Positions 40,530 through 55,243 of a stretch of 64,000 bases of DNA are shown here, piece by piece (position 1 is the stretch's first letter; the number at the start of each line of letters is the position of its first letter). Source of the stretch: the human T2T-CHM13v2.0 reference genome, Homo sapiens; assembly GCF_009914755.1 (NCBI RefSeq), contig NC_060927.1; one strand, given 5' to 3'. The notes beneath the pieces are model-generated. The model did no database searches. It was not told the origin of the DNA and saw only the letters and a list, made by a program, of their open reading frames with translations. The position numbers were made by a program, and so were the translations under genes.

Positions 40530-40800
40530 ATGGTAGTAATATTTATTGAGCATATATTATTTGCTGGATGTATTTTAAGTATTTTATATGAATTATTTTA
40601 TTCAGTCCTCAAAACCCTAGGAGACAGGGAATATTATTTTCATCCCCATTTTATGGATGAGGAAATGAGGCAAAAAGAAAGTAAATTTCTGAATGTCATA
40701 CAACCCATACATGAGTGGAAGAGTAGTGTCCAAATCCAAGCAATATGGTTCAGCAATGGGCTTAGCCATTACTCCACGTTACTATATGTCATCTTCCACC
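40530..40800 (-). mobile_element. MIR SINE
   Basis: atttattgagc...catccccattttatggatgaggaaatgaggc. Confidence 0.75.
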
Positions 40801-41999
40801 TTCTGGAACATTAAAATTCTTGAATTGCTCTTGGTTGACAATATCCTCTTTAGTTTTCCATGTCATGGATTATTTTTTAAAAATCAGTGATTTTTACAAA
40901 GATTAAATTTTGAAGAAGGAGCTGGGTGAAAGTTATCATTTCAATTAGGCTATTCTTTTATTAAGTGTTCACAAATTTTATAGCCAAAAGTTGAATAATT
41001 TTGTATAACTCTATGATTGGGAAAAATTATATTAGTTAATGACTCAATTTTGGGAATTGATGTTAGAAATTTATTTTTAATCTCTATATTAAAGTATTAT
41101 CATTTGTTATTTCTAGAATAGTTAAAAGCCAAATAGTGCAATTTCAGTTAAAGGAAAATTTTAAAATGCTTATGTTAAATGTTGTTTAATGGCTTCTTAG
41201 CTCATCTTATAATTGTTACACTTCACTTAACATTTTTCTGGTTTTCTTTAGTAATTAAGTACTTCAGGCTTTTCCATGCCATTTAAGTAATAGTTTTTAC
41301 ACTGTTTTATATTAAGAAATTAACAAGAAAAAGACTTTTTTTTAAAATGCAAGCAAATCATTTTTCAGGCAGTTAACAGGAATAGGATTATATCCTTCAG
41401 GAAATTTATAAGTAATTTTCCTATCCAGTAATAAAATAAATGAGAGGAGGTTGCTGAAGTGTTTCCTAATCTTTCATCTTGTCACATTAGGATTCATTTA
41501 AATGCCAAAATTCAAAATGTCTCATGTGAAGAAGAAAAAAAATCGCACATGTCAATGACCAAATATACAAGGAAGAACAGTGGGTGCATGTATGGGAAAT
41601 TTGGTTTGATAAGAAAATGGTTTCATTCACTGAACATACAATGTTGAACAAATGTAATTGAAATCTAAGATACTTAAGGAAAAGATCCATATGTACCTGA
41701 AAATGTCTTCCTCATAGTACTCTGGAGCTATATTTGTAATAAATATCTGCTGGTGGTTCATTAAGTCAACAAATATGTTTAGTACCTACTAATTGCTAGA
41801 GAGTCTCCTATCCTGAGCTCTCAACCACAGAAGCCACGTGCCAGCTTTGTGAAGCCTGCAGTCTGCTAGAGAAGTGGGGAGAGATGAACAATAAATAGAT
41901 CAGCATTAAATTAATAAGGTCATTTCAGGTAATTGTAAGTTATGAGAAAATAAAACAGGATATGATACAGAAGGACTAATGGTTTATATTTTAGTTTTT

Positions 42000-42690
42000 A
42001 AATTAAATGTTAAACACATGAAAAATGTTATTATTTGATACTACATTTATATTATTTATTTCATGTGTATATCACATATATAAAACCAAAACACACGGCT
42101 TCTTAAAATCTAGTGAAGAAATCAAACATTTAAATCCCCTATGTACCCTTCTAATCTCAACTTTCCCCCTACCCTCACCTCTAGAAGTTGCCACCATTTT
42201 TACTTTTGTGTTTATCACTTGCTTAGTTTCCCTAATTATTTTACCACATATACCTGTACCTAAATATATAGTATCATTTTGTATGTTTAATATATTGTAT
42301 AAATGAAAGCATACTCTTGTTTAATAACTGCCTTTTGAGGGTCTACATTTTGTTTTAGACATTCATCTATGTTGATGCATATTCATTTGTTTTTCAATAC
42401 TAGGCATAATAATTCACTATATGAATTCATCAGAGTGTATTTATCCATTCTTTCTTGATTGGCATTTAGTTTGCTTCCAGATTGTTTGTTTTTCTCTTTA
42501 ATTGCCATTACAGCTGATGCAGCTCTGATCCTTTTTGATCACACTTTTGACCTGATACATATGTATAAGTCGTTCTCAATGGGTATGTGCCTAGGTGTAG
42601 TTTCTGAGTTAAAAGGTATGTTAGTACAAATTTTCTAAATAAATTTTCTGGTTTGTTTCAAGCAGCAGTACTGATTTACAGTAGAAATGT
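42000..42690 (-). mobile_element. Ancient L1 (L1ME-type) fragment flanked by antisense L2 pieces
   Basis: attcatctatgttgatgcat...tttatccattct...gcatttagtttgcttccag; L2-like sequence at about 41750-41990 and 42700-42890. Confidence 0.6.
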
Positions 42691-42926
42691 GAACTTAGAA
42701 GCAGAATGCTCTCCACAGAGAATACAAGCAAAGGCCCTGAGGTAGAATGAGCTTGGCGTATTCTAGGAAGAGAAAGAAAGACAAAGAACTAAAACATAGC
42801 AAGACATCTAAAAGCCAAAAAAAGGGTTAAATCAGGGCATTATAGGACATTTGAAATAGGAATCAGGATGAAGAACATATAATTTTATGCACAACACTAA
42901 ATTATTGGTACAAAGACATATGCATT

Positions 42927-43342
42927 TATATTATATGCGTGTTCTTGCACTGCTATAAAGAAATACCTGAGGCTGGATAATTTATAAAGAAAAGAGGTTT
43001 ATTTGGCTCACAGTTTTGCAGGCTGTACAGGAGGCATGGTGATTGCATCTGCTTCTGGTGAGGCCTCAGGAAACTTACAATCATGGTGGCAGGCAACAGG
43101 AAGCCAGCATGTCACATGGCAAGAGAAGGAGCAAGACAGAGAACGAGGAGGTCTCAGACTGTTTGAAACAATGAGATCTCATGTGAACTAATTCAGTGAG
43201 AACTCACTCATCACCACAGGGATGGTGCTAAACCATTCGTGAGGGATCCACTCCATCAATCCAATCACCTCCCACCAGGCCCCACCTCCAATACTGGGAA
43301 TCACAATCCCAGAGAATAGGAGAGGACATCCAAACCATATCA
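42927..43342 (-). mobile_element. MST (MSTA-like) MaLR solo LTR
   Basis: ttcttgcactgctataaagaaatacctgaggctgg...tcacctcccaccaggccccacctccaa...catccaaaccatatca. Confidence 0.92.
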
Positions 43343-44049
43343 ATCAGTAATATTATTTATATTAAATAGTACATAAATACTGTTTAATAAGGAATTTATG
43401 GGCTACTGCAGATTTTATAGAGCAGGAAGACAAGTGAAGCCACTGTTAGCCACAGGGAAAGTTTTATTTAAGAACTTCATTCAAGTTATGAAACCAAAGT
43501 GAAGAGAATGACAGAAACCAAAGATGCTATGATTATTATTTGGTCGTAACTTTACAATTATCACCTCGACAAAGGGCATATCTGGTCTCCCTCAAGATGT
43601 CGCCTTTCATAATCTCTGTATTCCAAGTGGAATCAGTAATTGCATAGCCTGAGCAGCAGTTTTTGTGCTAAAAAGCAGCCAGCAAAAAAGACTTCTATTA
43701 CATGAAAGCTTAGCCTTCTATATTTACTTCAGTTTGACTTTATGACTTGCTGATGGAGATTTGGTGGGGGGGTATACAGCATCTCCCCACAATGCACTCT
43801 TTGGCAAAACCACAGAGAAATAGTCTATGTATAAAATTACGGTCAGTCACTTCAACCTTCAATGTGTTTATTTTCTTCCATCAGACACAAGTTTAGGATT
43901 GGTTAACAAATTCTTCATAGCAGGAATTAATTACTGAATAAACAACATCTATGAAGCTGAATAATGCAATGTTGCTTGATTAATTAGTGTACCAATTTTT
44001 TTTAATTTTAGACTTAGATGCTTTCTTGCATTCTTGTTTCAATTGATAG

Positions 44050-45349
<1,300 letters not shown>

Positions 45350-45365
45350 TTAAGATAAGACAGAC

Positions 45366-45667
45366 GGTCAGGAACAGTGTCTCACGCCTGTAATCACAGC
45401 ACTTTGAGAGGCAGAGGTGGGTGGATCATGATGTCAAGAGACCGAGACCATCCTGGCCAACATGATGAAAACCCTTCTCTACTAAAAATACAAAAATTAG
45501 CTGGGCTTGGTGGCGCGCACCTGTAGTTCCAGTTACTCAGAAGGCTGAGGCAGGAGAATTGCTTGAATCCGGGAAGCAGGGGTTCCGGTGAGCCAAGATG
45601 GCGCCACTGCACTCCAGCCTGGTGACAGAGTGAGACTTCATCTCAAAAAAAAGAAAAAGAAAAAAAA
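45366..45667 (+). mobile_element. AluSc
   Basis: gtcaagagaccgagaccatcctggccaacatg and cctggtgacagag diagnostics. Confidence 0.93.
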
Positions 45668-46226
45668 CAGATAAAATAGACAAAATAGTTAAACAAAAAG
45701 GCATTGAAAAACATATATTACACCTGCTTTTTAAAAATGAATCATCATTCTTGTCTTTGACATTGCTACTTGCATTTTGCAGCACATTTGATTGTATTCC
45801 AATAGAATTCTCCTTTTTAAAAGACTAGATAATGCTCTGAAAGTCTAGGACATGGCTATCATTCTTGATTAGTAAAATTATAATACATTTTAATAATTTT
45901 ATGCACTGTAAGGCTAACGGTGCATATATTTTAAAAGTTGTTTAAATCTAAACTTCACTTTTACCTAAAATATCAACAAAACTTAATTAAATATTACAAA
46001 CTCCAATAGGAGGGAGCAATGTGCCATAGTGCAGTAGTTTAAAACTCTTTTGACCAAATTTCTGTTAGAAAAAACTATTTTACATCATGACTAGTGTGTG
46101 TGCACACACTTGTGCCTGCTCACACGCATTCACAAACCTTGTAACTGCATCAAAAGTTTAAGAATCAAAATTTACTATTAATATATGCATGTACCTTAAT
46201 ATAACCTATTAATCTATTCTACTCTT

Positions 46227-46320
46227 TTCCTTCCTTCCTTCCTTCCTTCCTTCCTTCCTTCCTTCCTTCCTTCCTTCCTTCCTTCCTCTCTCCCTCCCTC
46301 CCTTCCTCTTTCTTTCCTTC
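46227..46320. repeat. (TTCC)n polypyrimidine microsatellite
   Basis: Direct reading; about 15 TTCC units then a CT-rich tail. Confidence 0.95.
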
Positions 46321-46695
46321 TATTCTTTTACACTTCTGAAGTGGTTAAGAATGTTACTCGGATATACAAGACATATGTATAGCAAATCATCATGTTGTAC
46401 ACTTTGAGTATATACAATTGTTGTCTATCAAATATTTTAAGATTTTTAAAGAAGCATTGTTAGGCAAGTTGTTTTATCTCTAGGTGTAAAATGAAAATAG
46501 CAATAGCACACACAATATGATTTTTGTGAGGTTAAATAAGATAAAGTATATAATCAGCACAATTTATAACCACTAATAACTGCTCAATAAATGTTAATGA
46601 TCAGCAAACGTGTTTTTAGTTTTAATTTTAAAGAAAAGCAAATTATTTTAAATGTTTAAAGATCATTCAAATAAAATTCTTTATAAAATATCTGA

Positions 46696-47030
<335 letters not shown>

Positions 47031-47334
47031 TAAAAATAATTTGTAATATATAGTATACCATTCTTCTTAGTAGTGTTTACATAAAACAGGTTTAAGAGAA
47101 GAAAATTCCGTTCATAAAAGTTATACTTGAACAAGAATGTAAAACATCTTTTGAAGCAGAATGGAAAACTTTTGTTCAAGATGGTTTATCGGTATGTAGA
47201 TACCCAGTGAATCCCTGATAGCTGAGATTGGCCTCCCCCGTCATCCCCAGTTATAGAAAAAGCATTCTAGTTACGGCCGGTATTTTTTGTTAATGCCAAA
47301 CCACAGCTAAGCCTAGATTACCCAGGTGAACTAG

Positions 47335-47875
<541 letters not shown>

Positions 47876-50469
47876 TATAATTCAGCCTAAAGATTCACAC
47901 CTGCTGAAATCAGAGGAAGAAAGGGTGTGGGAATTAATTAGATTATTGTGAATAAGAGTTTCTTAATATATTTGGAAAGACCTCCACTTCAAACACTGCA
48001 TATGAATAATACATGATAATGACATGAATATTATTATACTTTAAACATAAATGAACTACCACATTAAAATAGCTTCTAAATCCTCCTCTTGTTCTTAGTT
48101 GCAGAACAAATTTGCATGCCCCAATTACCAACATTCTGGTGTGCATTTTGCAGAAGAACACTTCTACAAAAGAATGTGTGTCATTCAGTGAAGAACATGG
48201 CATAACAGTTTCAAGCTACTAAACTGAACAATGAATTAACTTTCTCAGTGACAAACATGAGCTGTTCTCCAATTTGATTAAGGAGTATGGGTATTTTCCC
48301 ATTTGTAGATGTTGCACTGTTTTTCTGGTTTAAAAGAAAAGAGGTCCTTAGAAAAATGTGTTACTTGTGAATGTGTTAGGTTTCTGTTCAGTTTTAGTAG
48401 CTTAGATTACACGTAAAAGGGGACACAATATGTCCTAGATAATACAATCCTACAGAAGTCATACATTTCCCAGAAGAAATGATAGGGTGTTAAGTAATTA
48501 CAACTCTATGGTAAGTACATCTCCACTTTAAAAGTGCTTAAATAAATATAAATATACATTCCCCTCTGCTAATTTAGAAATACATACCAAATTGCCATAA
48601 CCCTATAGCTACACTTGCATTTTTTCTCTTTCCTACTCTCTTGCCTATCTTTAAATCTGTTTTCAGTAACATATAATTAATACTCAGCAGCATAACCCAA
48701 TTTACTAGCACTTAATCGTCTCCTCCTAATTAAGTATATAAATCTGTTTAATAAATACATCATATACACTTTTGCATGGGTTAGAAGAAACTTTACTTGC
48801 TCTAAATCTAAATAGAATTATTAAATAGAAATCAAAAATAGTTGGCCATTAAGGCTCTATAATAACTATTTGTGTGATTTCTTTCCTTCATATTATTCAT
48901 CAAATGTTTACTTAGCATTTACTGTGTCCCTGGCCCTAGTATGTGCATGATACAGTGGTAAAGTAAAGCATTTATTACTTGTACTCCACATTTCCACAAT
49001 TATATTATTCTGCTATTGCAGGCCTTCCACAGGCATACCAAATGAAGTACAAGGTATTGCAGTGTGTCATTCAAAACCTGTTAACAATAGGACACATTTT
49101 TTTCTTACATTATTTCCTACTCCTCTTTTATGTGTGCTAATGTTCTGGTCACATCTGATTATGTTATCAATTAGGATACTTTGATTTGCAAAACATGGTG
49201 AACAAGGAAGTTCTTAGTGGGTAGAAAAGAAGTTCCTAAGGCAAAACTTCATCCAACAGGCATGACTTCATTAAGCTCTCATACATTTACATTTAGTGAG
49301 GAGAAAAAACTTTCAGAGTAGCATTAAACCCACCTTTGATGTCCCCCAAGGTTTCATTGGCCAGAATTGAATCACACAGTCATAACTAGCCAGCACTGTG
49401 GAGTAAGCTAACAATACTATCTACCAAAAATTCTTACTGTAACCCAAACCTAGCCATTTCTCATCTCCACCTCCCTCCATGGCATTCCTTTGAAATGCTT
49501 TCTTCTTCTGACTTCTGCATGTGTTAAAATTCTACATTTCAGCAGCCCACTTTTTCCCAAAGCTTTAATATTTCTCTGCTTCACAAAGAAAAGTGACTTC
49601 AGCATTCTGTACACTTAATCTGTCCCTATCTTCTCTAATGTTTATGCTTTGTTCAATAGTTGTTAGCATGATTTTCTTTATTTCATATCAAATTATAAAC
49701 ATCCTTGAATGTAAGGGCAGCTAGGTTCTTATTATTTATGGCCTTTAAAACTATCACCACTTTATGAAAATAATGTAGCCATTAAAGAAATATTGATAAA
49801 TTTAATAAAACTCTAAAATGTTAACCCAAAGATCTCTAAAAATATTTGAAGTGATTTACAAGATATGATAGATAATAATAACACAGTAGAGACTAAAGAA
49901 AAGAAAATTGAGTAGCATAGAAAACCTGGATAAGCACATCACTGAGGTTGGGTATTAAATTGGTTTGAGAGCTTTTGAATAACTAGGTGAAAAAAAGGAA
50001 AACAAGCTGGATTAAACAGATGTTGCATTCTGGTAAAGTGTGACTTAAAAAGTCATATTTTCCTGTAAAGAAACTCAAGATGTGTATATTCAATACATGG
50101 ATAAATTACACCACTTATTGATTCATAATCTCCAACATTTTACTACTTTTCCCTGAAAGAATCTTAAAAACATTATTTGTCCCTGTCCTTATACGCTATA
50201 ATTGGAAATTAGCAAACCAGTCACAGTGTAGTTACCACTGTAGAAGTTGCCATTGCACAGCTAGTAACATGGACAATATATAGCTATTCAATAGAAACTT
50301 AGTTATTTCTCTAAAATATCAGAAATATGACCACATAGTGGGCATTATTAATATTTTAAGTGTAAATATATACTGGCACCTACAAAAAATAATTCTGCAT
50401 CCTCTCTTTTCTGTATCAAAGTTAATGTATTTCAGAAAAGTTGTTACAAAACCACAAATATTTCTAGTG

Positions 50470-50666
50470 CAGGGTTTCTCAACTTCAGCATTATTGACAT
50501 GTTGTGACAAATAAATTATATGTTGTGGGGGACTCTCTTGTGCACTGTAGGATGTTTAATAGCATTACTGATCTCTGCACCTTCTCAGTTGTAACAAACA
50601 AAAATGTCCCTAGGCGTTGCCAAATGAATCCTATAGAGTAAAATTGCCCCTATTTGAGAACCACTG
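50470..50666 (-). mobile_element. MER20 hAT-Charlie DNA transposon
   Basis: cagggtttctcaac...ttgagaaccactg TIRs; degenerate 8-bp TSD ttctagtg / tcctagag. Confidence 0.9.
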
Positions 50667-52529
50667 TCCTAGAGCCAACCCTACCTTCCTAGAATTACAT
50701 TTGGACCTGCAGTTAAGCCCAAATTAAGAAAGTTACACAGCATAATCGAATAAGAAACCATATGAATACTGAAGTCTCTTATCTGATCATTGCTGCAGCT
50801 ATCATTAAAGGTCATACCCATTATCTAGCAGAGATTCAAAAGGTAAATATTAGGAAGAAATGATAAATCACTACTTCTATTTGGAGCAGGAAGTACAGGG
50901 ATGGAGAGTAGAAAGCCGTAATGTTGGAGAATACAGTGGCATAGGAAAACATTAAATAATCAAAGATTAAGTTATTGATAATAAACATTCCTAAACAAAA
51001 ATTAGTCCTGTAGCATGCTGGTCATTGTAGTACAATAATTACATCAACTACGTCCTCTCAAACTAGCCATACTCTATCTAGCAGGCCATTTGTCTTAATA
51101 GCATTTTTCTCATTGTGGACACCCTCCTCTGCCTTTGAATTATCTGGTTCATAGACTTTTTTTTTCCCCCAAGTCTGAAACATCTCTACAGCTCACATAA
51201 TCCCCTCTTTCTCTTCTATATAAATGTGTATACCTAACAGAGTAGAGCTGCGATATCATATATTGATGAGTGGTGTCTTTTACACATAGAAAGCCAAAAA
51301 AAAAATACTCCTTCACTTTGAAACATTGGATTATATAAAATTAGTTAATTCCTCACTTACCCTCACTTTTACAAGCTTAATAACATGTTTTTGTATAGTA
51401 CCTTATAAAAAAGATGTTTATTAGTGAAAAGGTTGCTATCTGTTGATGAATTGATCAATCTGTATTTGTTAATAGTCATAATTTTTACTTTCTACCTTCA
51501 TTATCTCCTAATTTCATCAGAGTATTTGAAATAGTTGCTGTAATATTGAATATGCTGATTATGTGCATGATGTTTAAAATTTCTTCTGACATCTTTGCCA
51601 TAATATGGGCTTGCATTTCTCTGAAATGTTGAATTGTCCTGAGGCCTCTAAATTAGAATGTATTTATCTTTTTTAATAAAGTTCTAATAAAAACGTATGA
51701 CAGACAGATTAAGTTTCTATGAATCTCTAGAATGTTTGTTCTTTGTAAACCTTTACATAGCCTTCTGAAAACTTGCACAGCTTGATACAGATTTACTCAG
51801 ATCATTGTGTTATGTTGATGGGTTTCCTTTGTGTAACCTAGTTCTACAAAGTTTTCTGCATTAAGCGCTGAGTGACTGATCTAGAACAAATGTGCTGCCT
51901 GAATCACTTGAGTATTAAATGAGACACAGATATTCCTAAAGTCTTCGAAAGAGTTCCTCTTTTGCTCTTCGACTGATTTCCACACTACAGATGGACAAAA
52001 AAAATTATTTTAAAACTCCATTTCTGAGTTAAAAGTTTGCTGAGAAAAAAATATATATACCATGAACTTCCATATACCAATTTTTGAACCTCATAATGTG
52101 AATAGAAAAAAATAACTGTTAGAGAAAGAATACAGATACCAAAACACCTTTGCGTATCTGTTCTAATATCAGAACATTATGAAAAGGCCTTACATTCAAA
52201 AGTTTTCATCCAGAACAAGTCTGATATTTGTCTTCTTCTGAATTTCAAAATATAATGGTGAGAAATAAAAATCATTAACTAAAACTTTAGATTTGAAGAG
52301 AAGTAGAGCTAAACTTTTCATCTAGAATTATCTCAAATGTACCACATAATATTCAAATAGGAAAAAAGTTTATGTCTATATCTATATGTCTATCCTTCTA
52401 TATATATGTCTATCCTTCTATATACATAAATATATCATCTAAACCATATTTAGTGTATTTTAGATTCTTCACAAGGAAAAACAAACAGATGTTCTTAATG
52501 TCAAAGAAATATTTAAAGATTTAAAAATA

Positions 52530-52804
52530 CAAAAAAACAAACACCGCATGTTCTCACTCATAGGTGGGAATTGAACAATGAGAACATTTGGACACAGGCA
52601 GGGGAACATCACACACCAGGGCGTGTTGTGGGGTCAGGGGAGCGGGGAGGGATAGCATTAGGAGATATACCTGATGTAAATGATGAGTTAATGGGTGCAG
52701 CACACCAACATGGCACATGTATACATATGTAACAAACCTGCACGCTGTGCACATGTACCCTAGAACTTAAAGTATAATAAAAATATATATATAAAATAAA
52801 AAAA
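52530..52804 (+). mobile_element. L1PA (about L1PA4/5) 3' end
   Basis: caccgcatgttctcactcataggtgggaattgaacaatgagaac...gtaccctagaacttaaagtataataa. Confidence 0.95.
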
Positions 52805-53049
52805 TTAATAGTACTTTGCTTATTAAACATATTAGGTTTAAAGGACATATCATTTAGGCTGACACATAGTATTCATTGAGCATCAAGTGAGTCCTATAAT
52901 GTTATGTGGAAACATTTTTTATTTAATCTCCAACTAAGAAAACCAGATACTTAATATAACACGATAATCCTAAACCATCCACATCTGTCATCTATTATCT
53001 GTTCAGCACCTAGTATGATGACTTTTTAAAGTTTATCAAATCATTTTAT

Positions 53050-53390
53050 TCATCTACTTAAAAGTCTTTACTATCTTTTCATGCACTTAGAATAAAATGT
53101 ACATTCCTTGCCTGTCTCTTCTAAATTCTGATCTAGCCCTTGCCTACCTTTCTGACTTTACTTCCTGCCTCCCATCTCCATCACTATGCTTTGCAGACAT
53201 AAAATACCAGTTCAGGTCCTCTACATGGGAAACCAGCCTCTTTTATTGACTGATTTCATAGGCTTCAAATCTTAGTTCAAATGGCACTTCTTGAAGAGGC
53301 TTAGCTATAATATGTCACTCCCTTATTCGACTTTTCCTCAACACTTCATAGAATTTACCACAATTTATAATATTGATAAATTGTGACAGT
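53050..53390 (+). mobile_element. L2 fragment
   Basis: gcacttagaataaaatgtacattcctt...gatctagcccttgcctacctttctgac. Confidence 0.6.
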
Positions 53391-53843
53391 TGCATTCATT
53401 GGACAATGCTCAGTATGATGATTATACTAATGTAAGCAAGGTAACATTTCAAGGACAATGTTAAACTCAATTTTCCTTAGGTTTGAAACAAACGTGAAGG
53501 TGGACATGATATTCACTTTCCCACATACATTTAAAATACCTATAGGTATAGACAGATGTAGAATTTTGCTTACAGAGAAAATTGCAGTGAATATATCATA
53601 TTGTCTGTCCAGAGGTCTTGAGCATTATCTTGGTTTCTAACATCAACCCTACAACTTAATAATCACATTTGTATATATACTTATGTTTTCATGATTTTAA
53701 AACAGGAAACATCTTTGAAATGTTTATGATTCTATTGAATTTAAATTGAGTTAAAGTTGGCTCATAATTAAAATCACAATATGTTATAGTATAACTTTTT
53801 TTCAAAAATCAGCTACATATTGAGCTCTGAAGATTCTGAAATT

Positions 53844-54002
53844 GGCCAGTTACAGTGGCTCACATCCATAATCCCAGAAATTTGGGAGGCCACAGTGGGA
53901 GGAGCGCCTAAGCCCAGGAGTTTGAGATCAGCCTGGGAAACATAATGAGACCTTGTCTCTACAAAAATTTTTTTTAAGCCAAACATGGTGGTACATGCCT
54001 GT
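53844..54002 (+). mobile_element. AluJ, 3'-truncated
   Basis: J-type left monomer, linker and first about 25 bp of right monomer, then abrupt end. Confidence 0.88.
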
Positions 54003-54313
54003 GCTTTGAGTGAATTCAGCTGAATTTCTCTCCTTTGACTTAGTTGCTATTTTTCCAAACACTAGCCAATTCAAAATGGCTGTGAATTTCTCTATTTGTG
54101 TATTTTATTGTCTTTGGCATTCACAAAAGAGTGAACCACAATGTAACCAAAATAAAATGTAACTGTGATTCACTTCCATATGTGGTTAATGGCCCATGGC
54201 AAAATTTTGATGATAATTCATCTTTATTGAATTATATTAGGTTATTATGGAATCAGGAAGACATCTAGAACTATCATCATTCTTTAAGAATAGCATTTTT
54301 TTCTTCTCAAAGT

Positions 54314-54324
54314 TGACGTCAGCA
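54314..54324. promoter_or_regulatory. Full CRE / half C-MARE motif
   Basis: TGACGTCA followed by GCA. Confidence 0.35.
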
Positions 54325-54847
54325 GAAGGCATCCTGGACAGAAAATGAATCACCAAAGAGTTTATGCTTCATTTTATAAAGAACTTCAATACCAGATTTT
54401 TAAAAATAAATTTTATTATTTAGGGTGATAGTATAAATATACTTTTAAGTGCTGTAATGGAAAAAATAAGATTGCATTTCCGTGGAAGAGAGTGACAATA
54501 TTTCCCATTTAATCTAGGGCTCCCTGTTCTCAAATAAATTGTTCCGTAGGTGACACAAAGTAAGTGATTTGGTCCTTTCTACACAAGATTTTTCACATCA
54601 AGTTTTTATGAAGGAATATTACTACAAGGAATTTTACTGAACCGGAAAGTGTAAATGAAGGATCATTGATGAAATGTGTTACAATGAGAGCAAAATGTGA
54701 AATGTTGCTGAACTAAAATGAACTTTGTTTTGTCTCCAGGGCAGTCATGACTTAATGAAGTACAGCTATAAGCAAGATAAGTCAGACTTTGTGCAGAAAA
54801 CTGACAATGAAAGTGATTACATAGGAAAAATGCCCCCTAAGTAGATT

Positions 54848-55243
54848 GTGTGTGTGTATATGTAGATGGTTGTGCATATGTTTGTATGTATATGTATTTA
54901 TATACATGCATGTGTATTTATAGTATATATGTTGTAGATAAAGATATTGTAGATAGATATATAGATATTGTAGATAGATATATTGTAGATAGATATAGTA
55001 TATATAGTAGATAGATATAAAGATTTTCATTTTCATTTTATATTAAGATATTTATATTTAATTTATATTTTATATATAATATATAATATAATATATAATT
55101 ATATATAATATATTATATTATATATTATATATATTTATATATTGATATAAATATATAAAATTATAATAATATAATTTATATATTATTTAATATAAAATAT
55201 TTATATTATTTTAAATATTTAAGATGTTTTATCTTAAATATTT
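54848..55243. repeat. Compound low-complexity tract: (TG)/(TA), (TAGA)-like, then almost pure A/T
   Basis: Direct reading. Confidence 0.93.

Noticed and set aside
52383-52422. 20-bp tandem duplication tatatgtctatccttctata
   Set aside because: Ordinary slippage in TA-rich low-complexity DNA.
54541-54566. gtag|GTGACACAAA|gtaagt 10-nt exon-like motif (and aacag-t-gtaagt at about 33550)
   Set aside because: Weak pyrimidine tract or implausible exon length; expected by chance.
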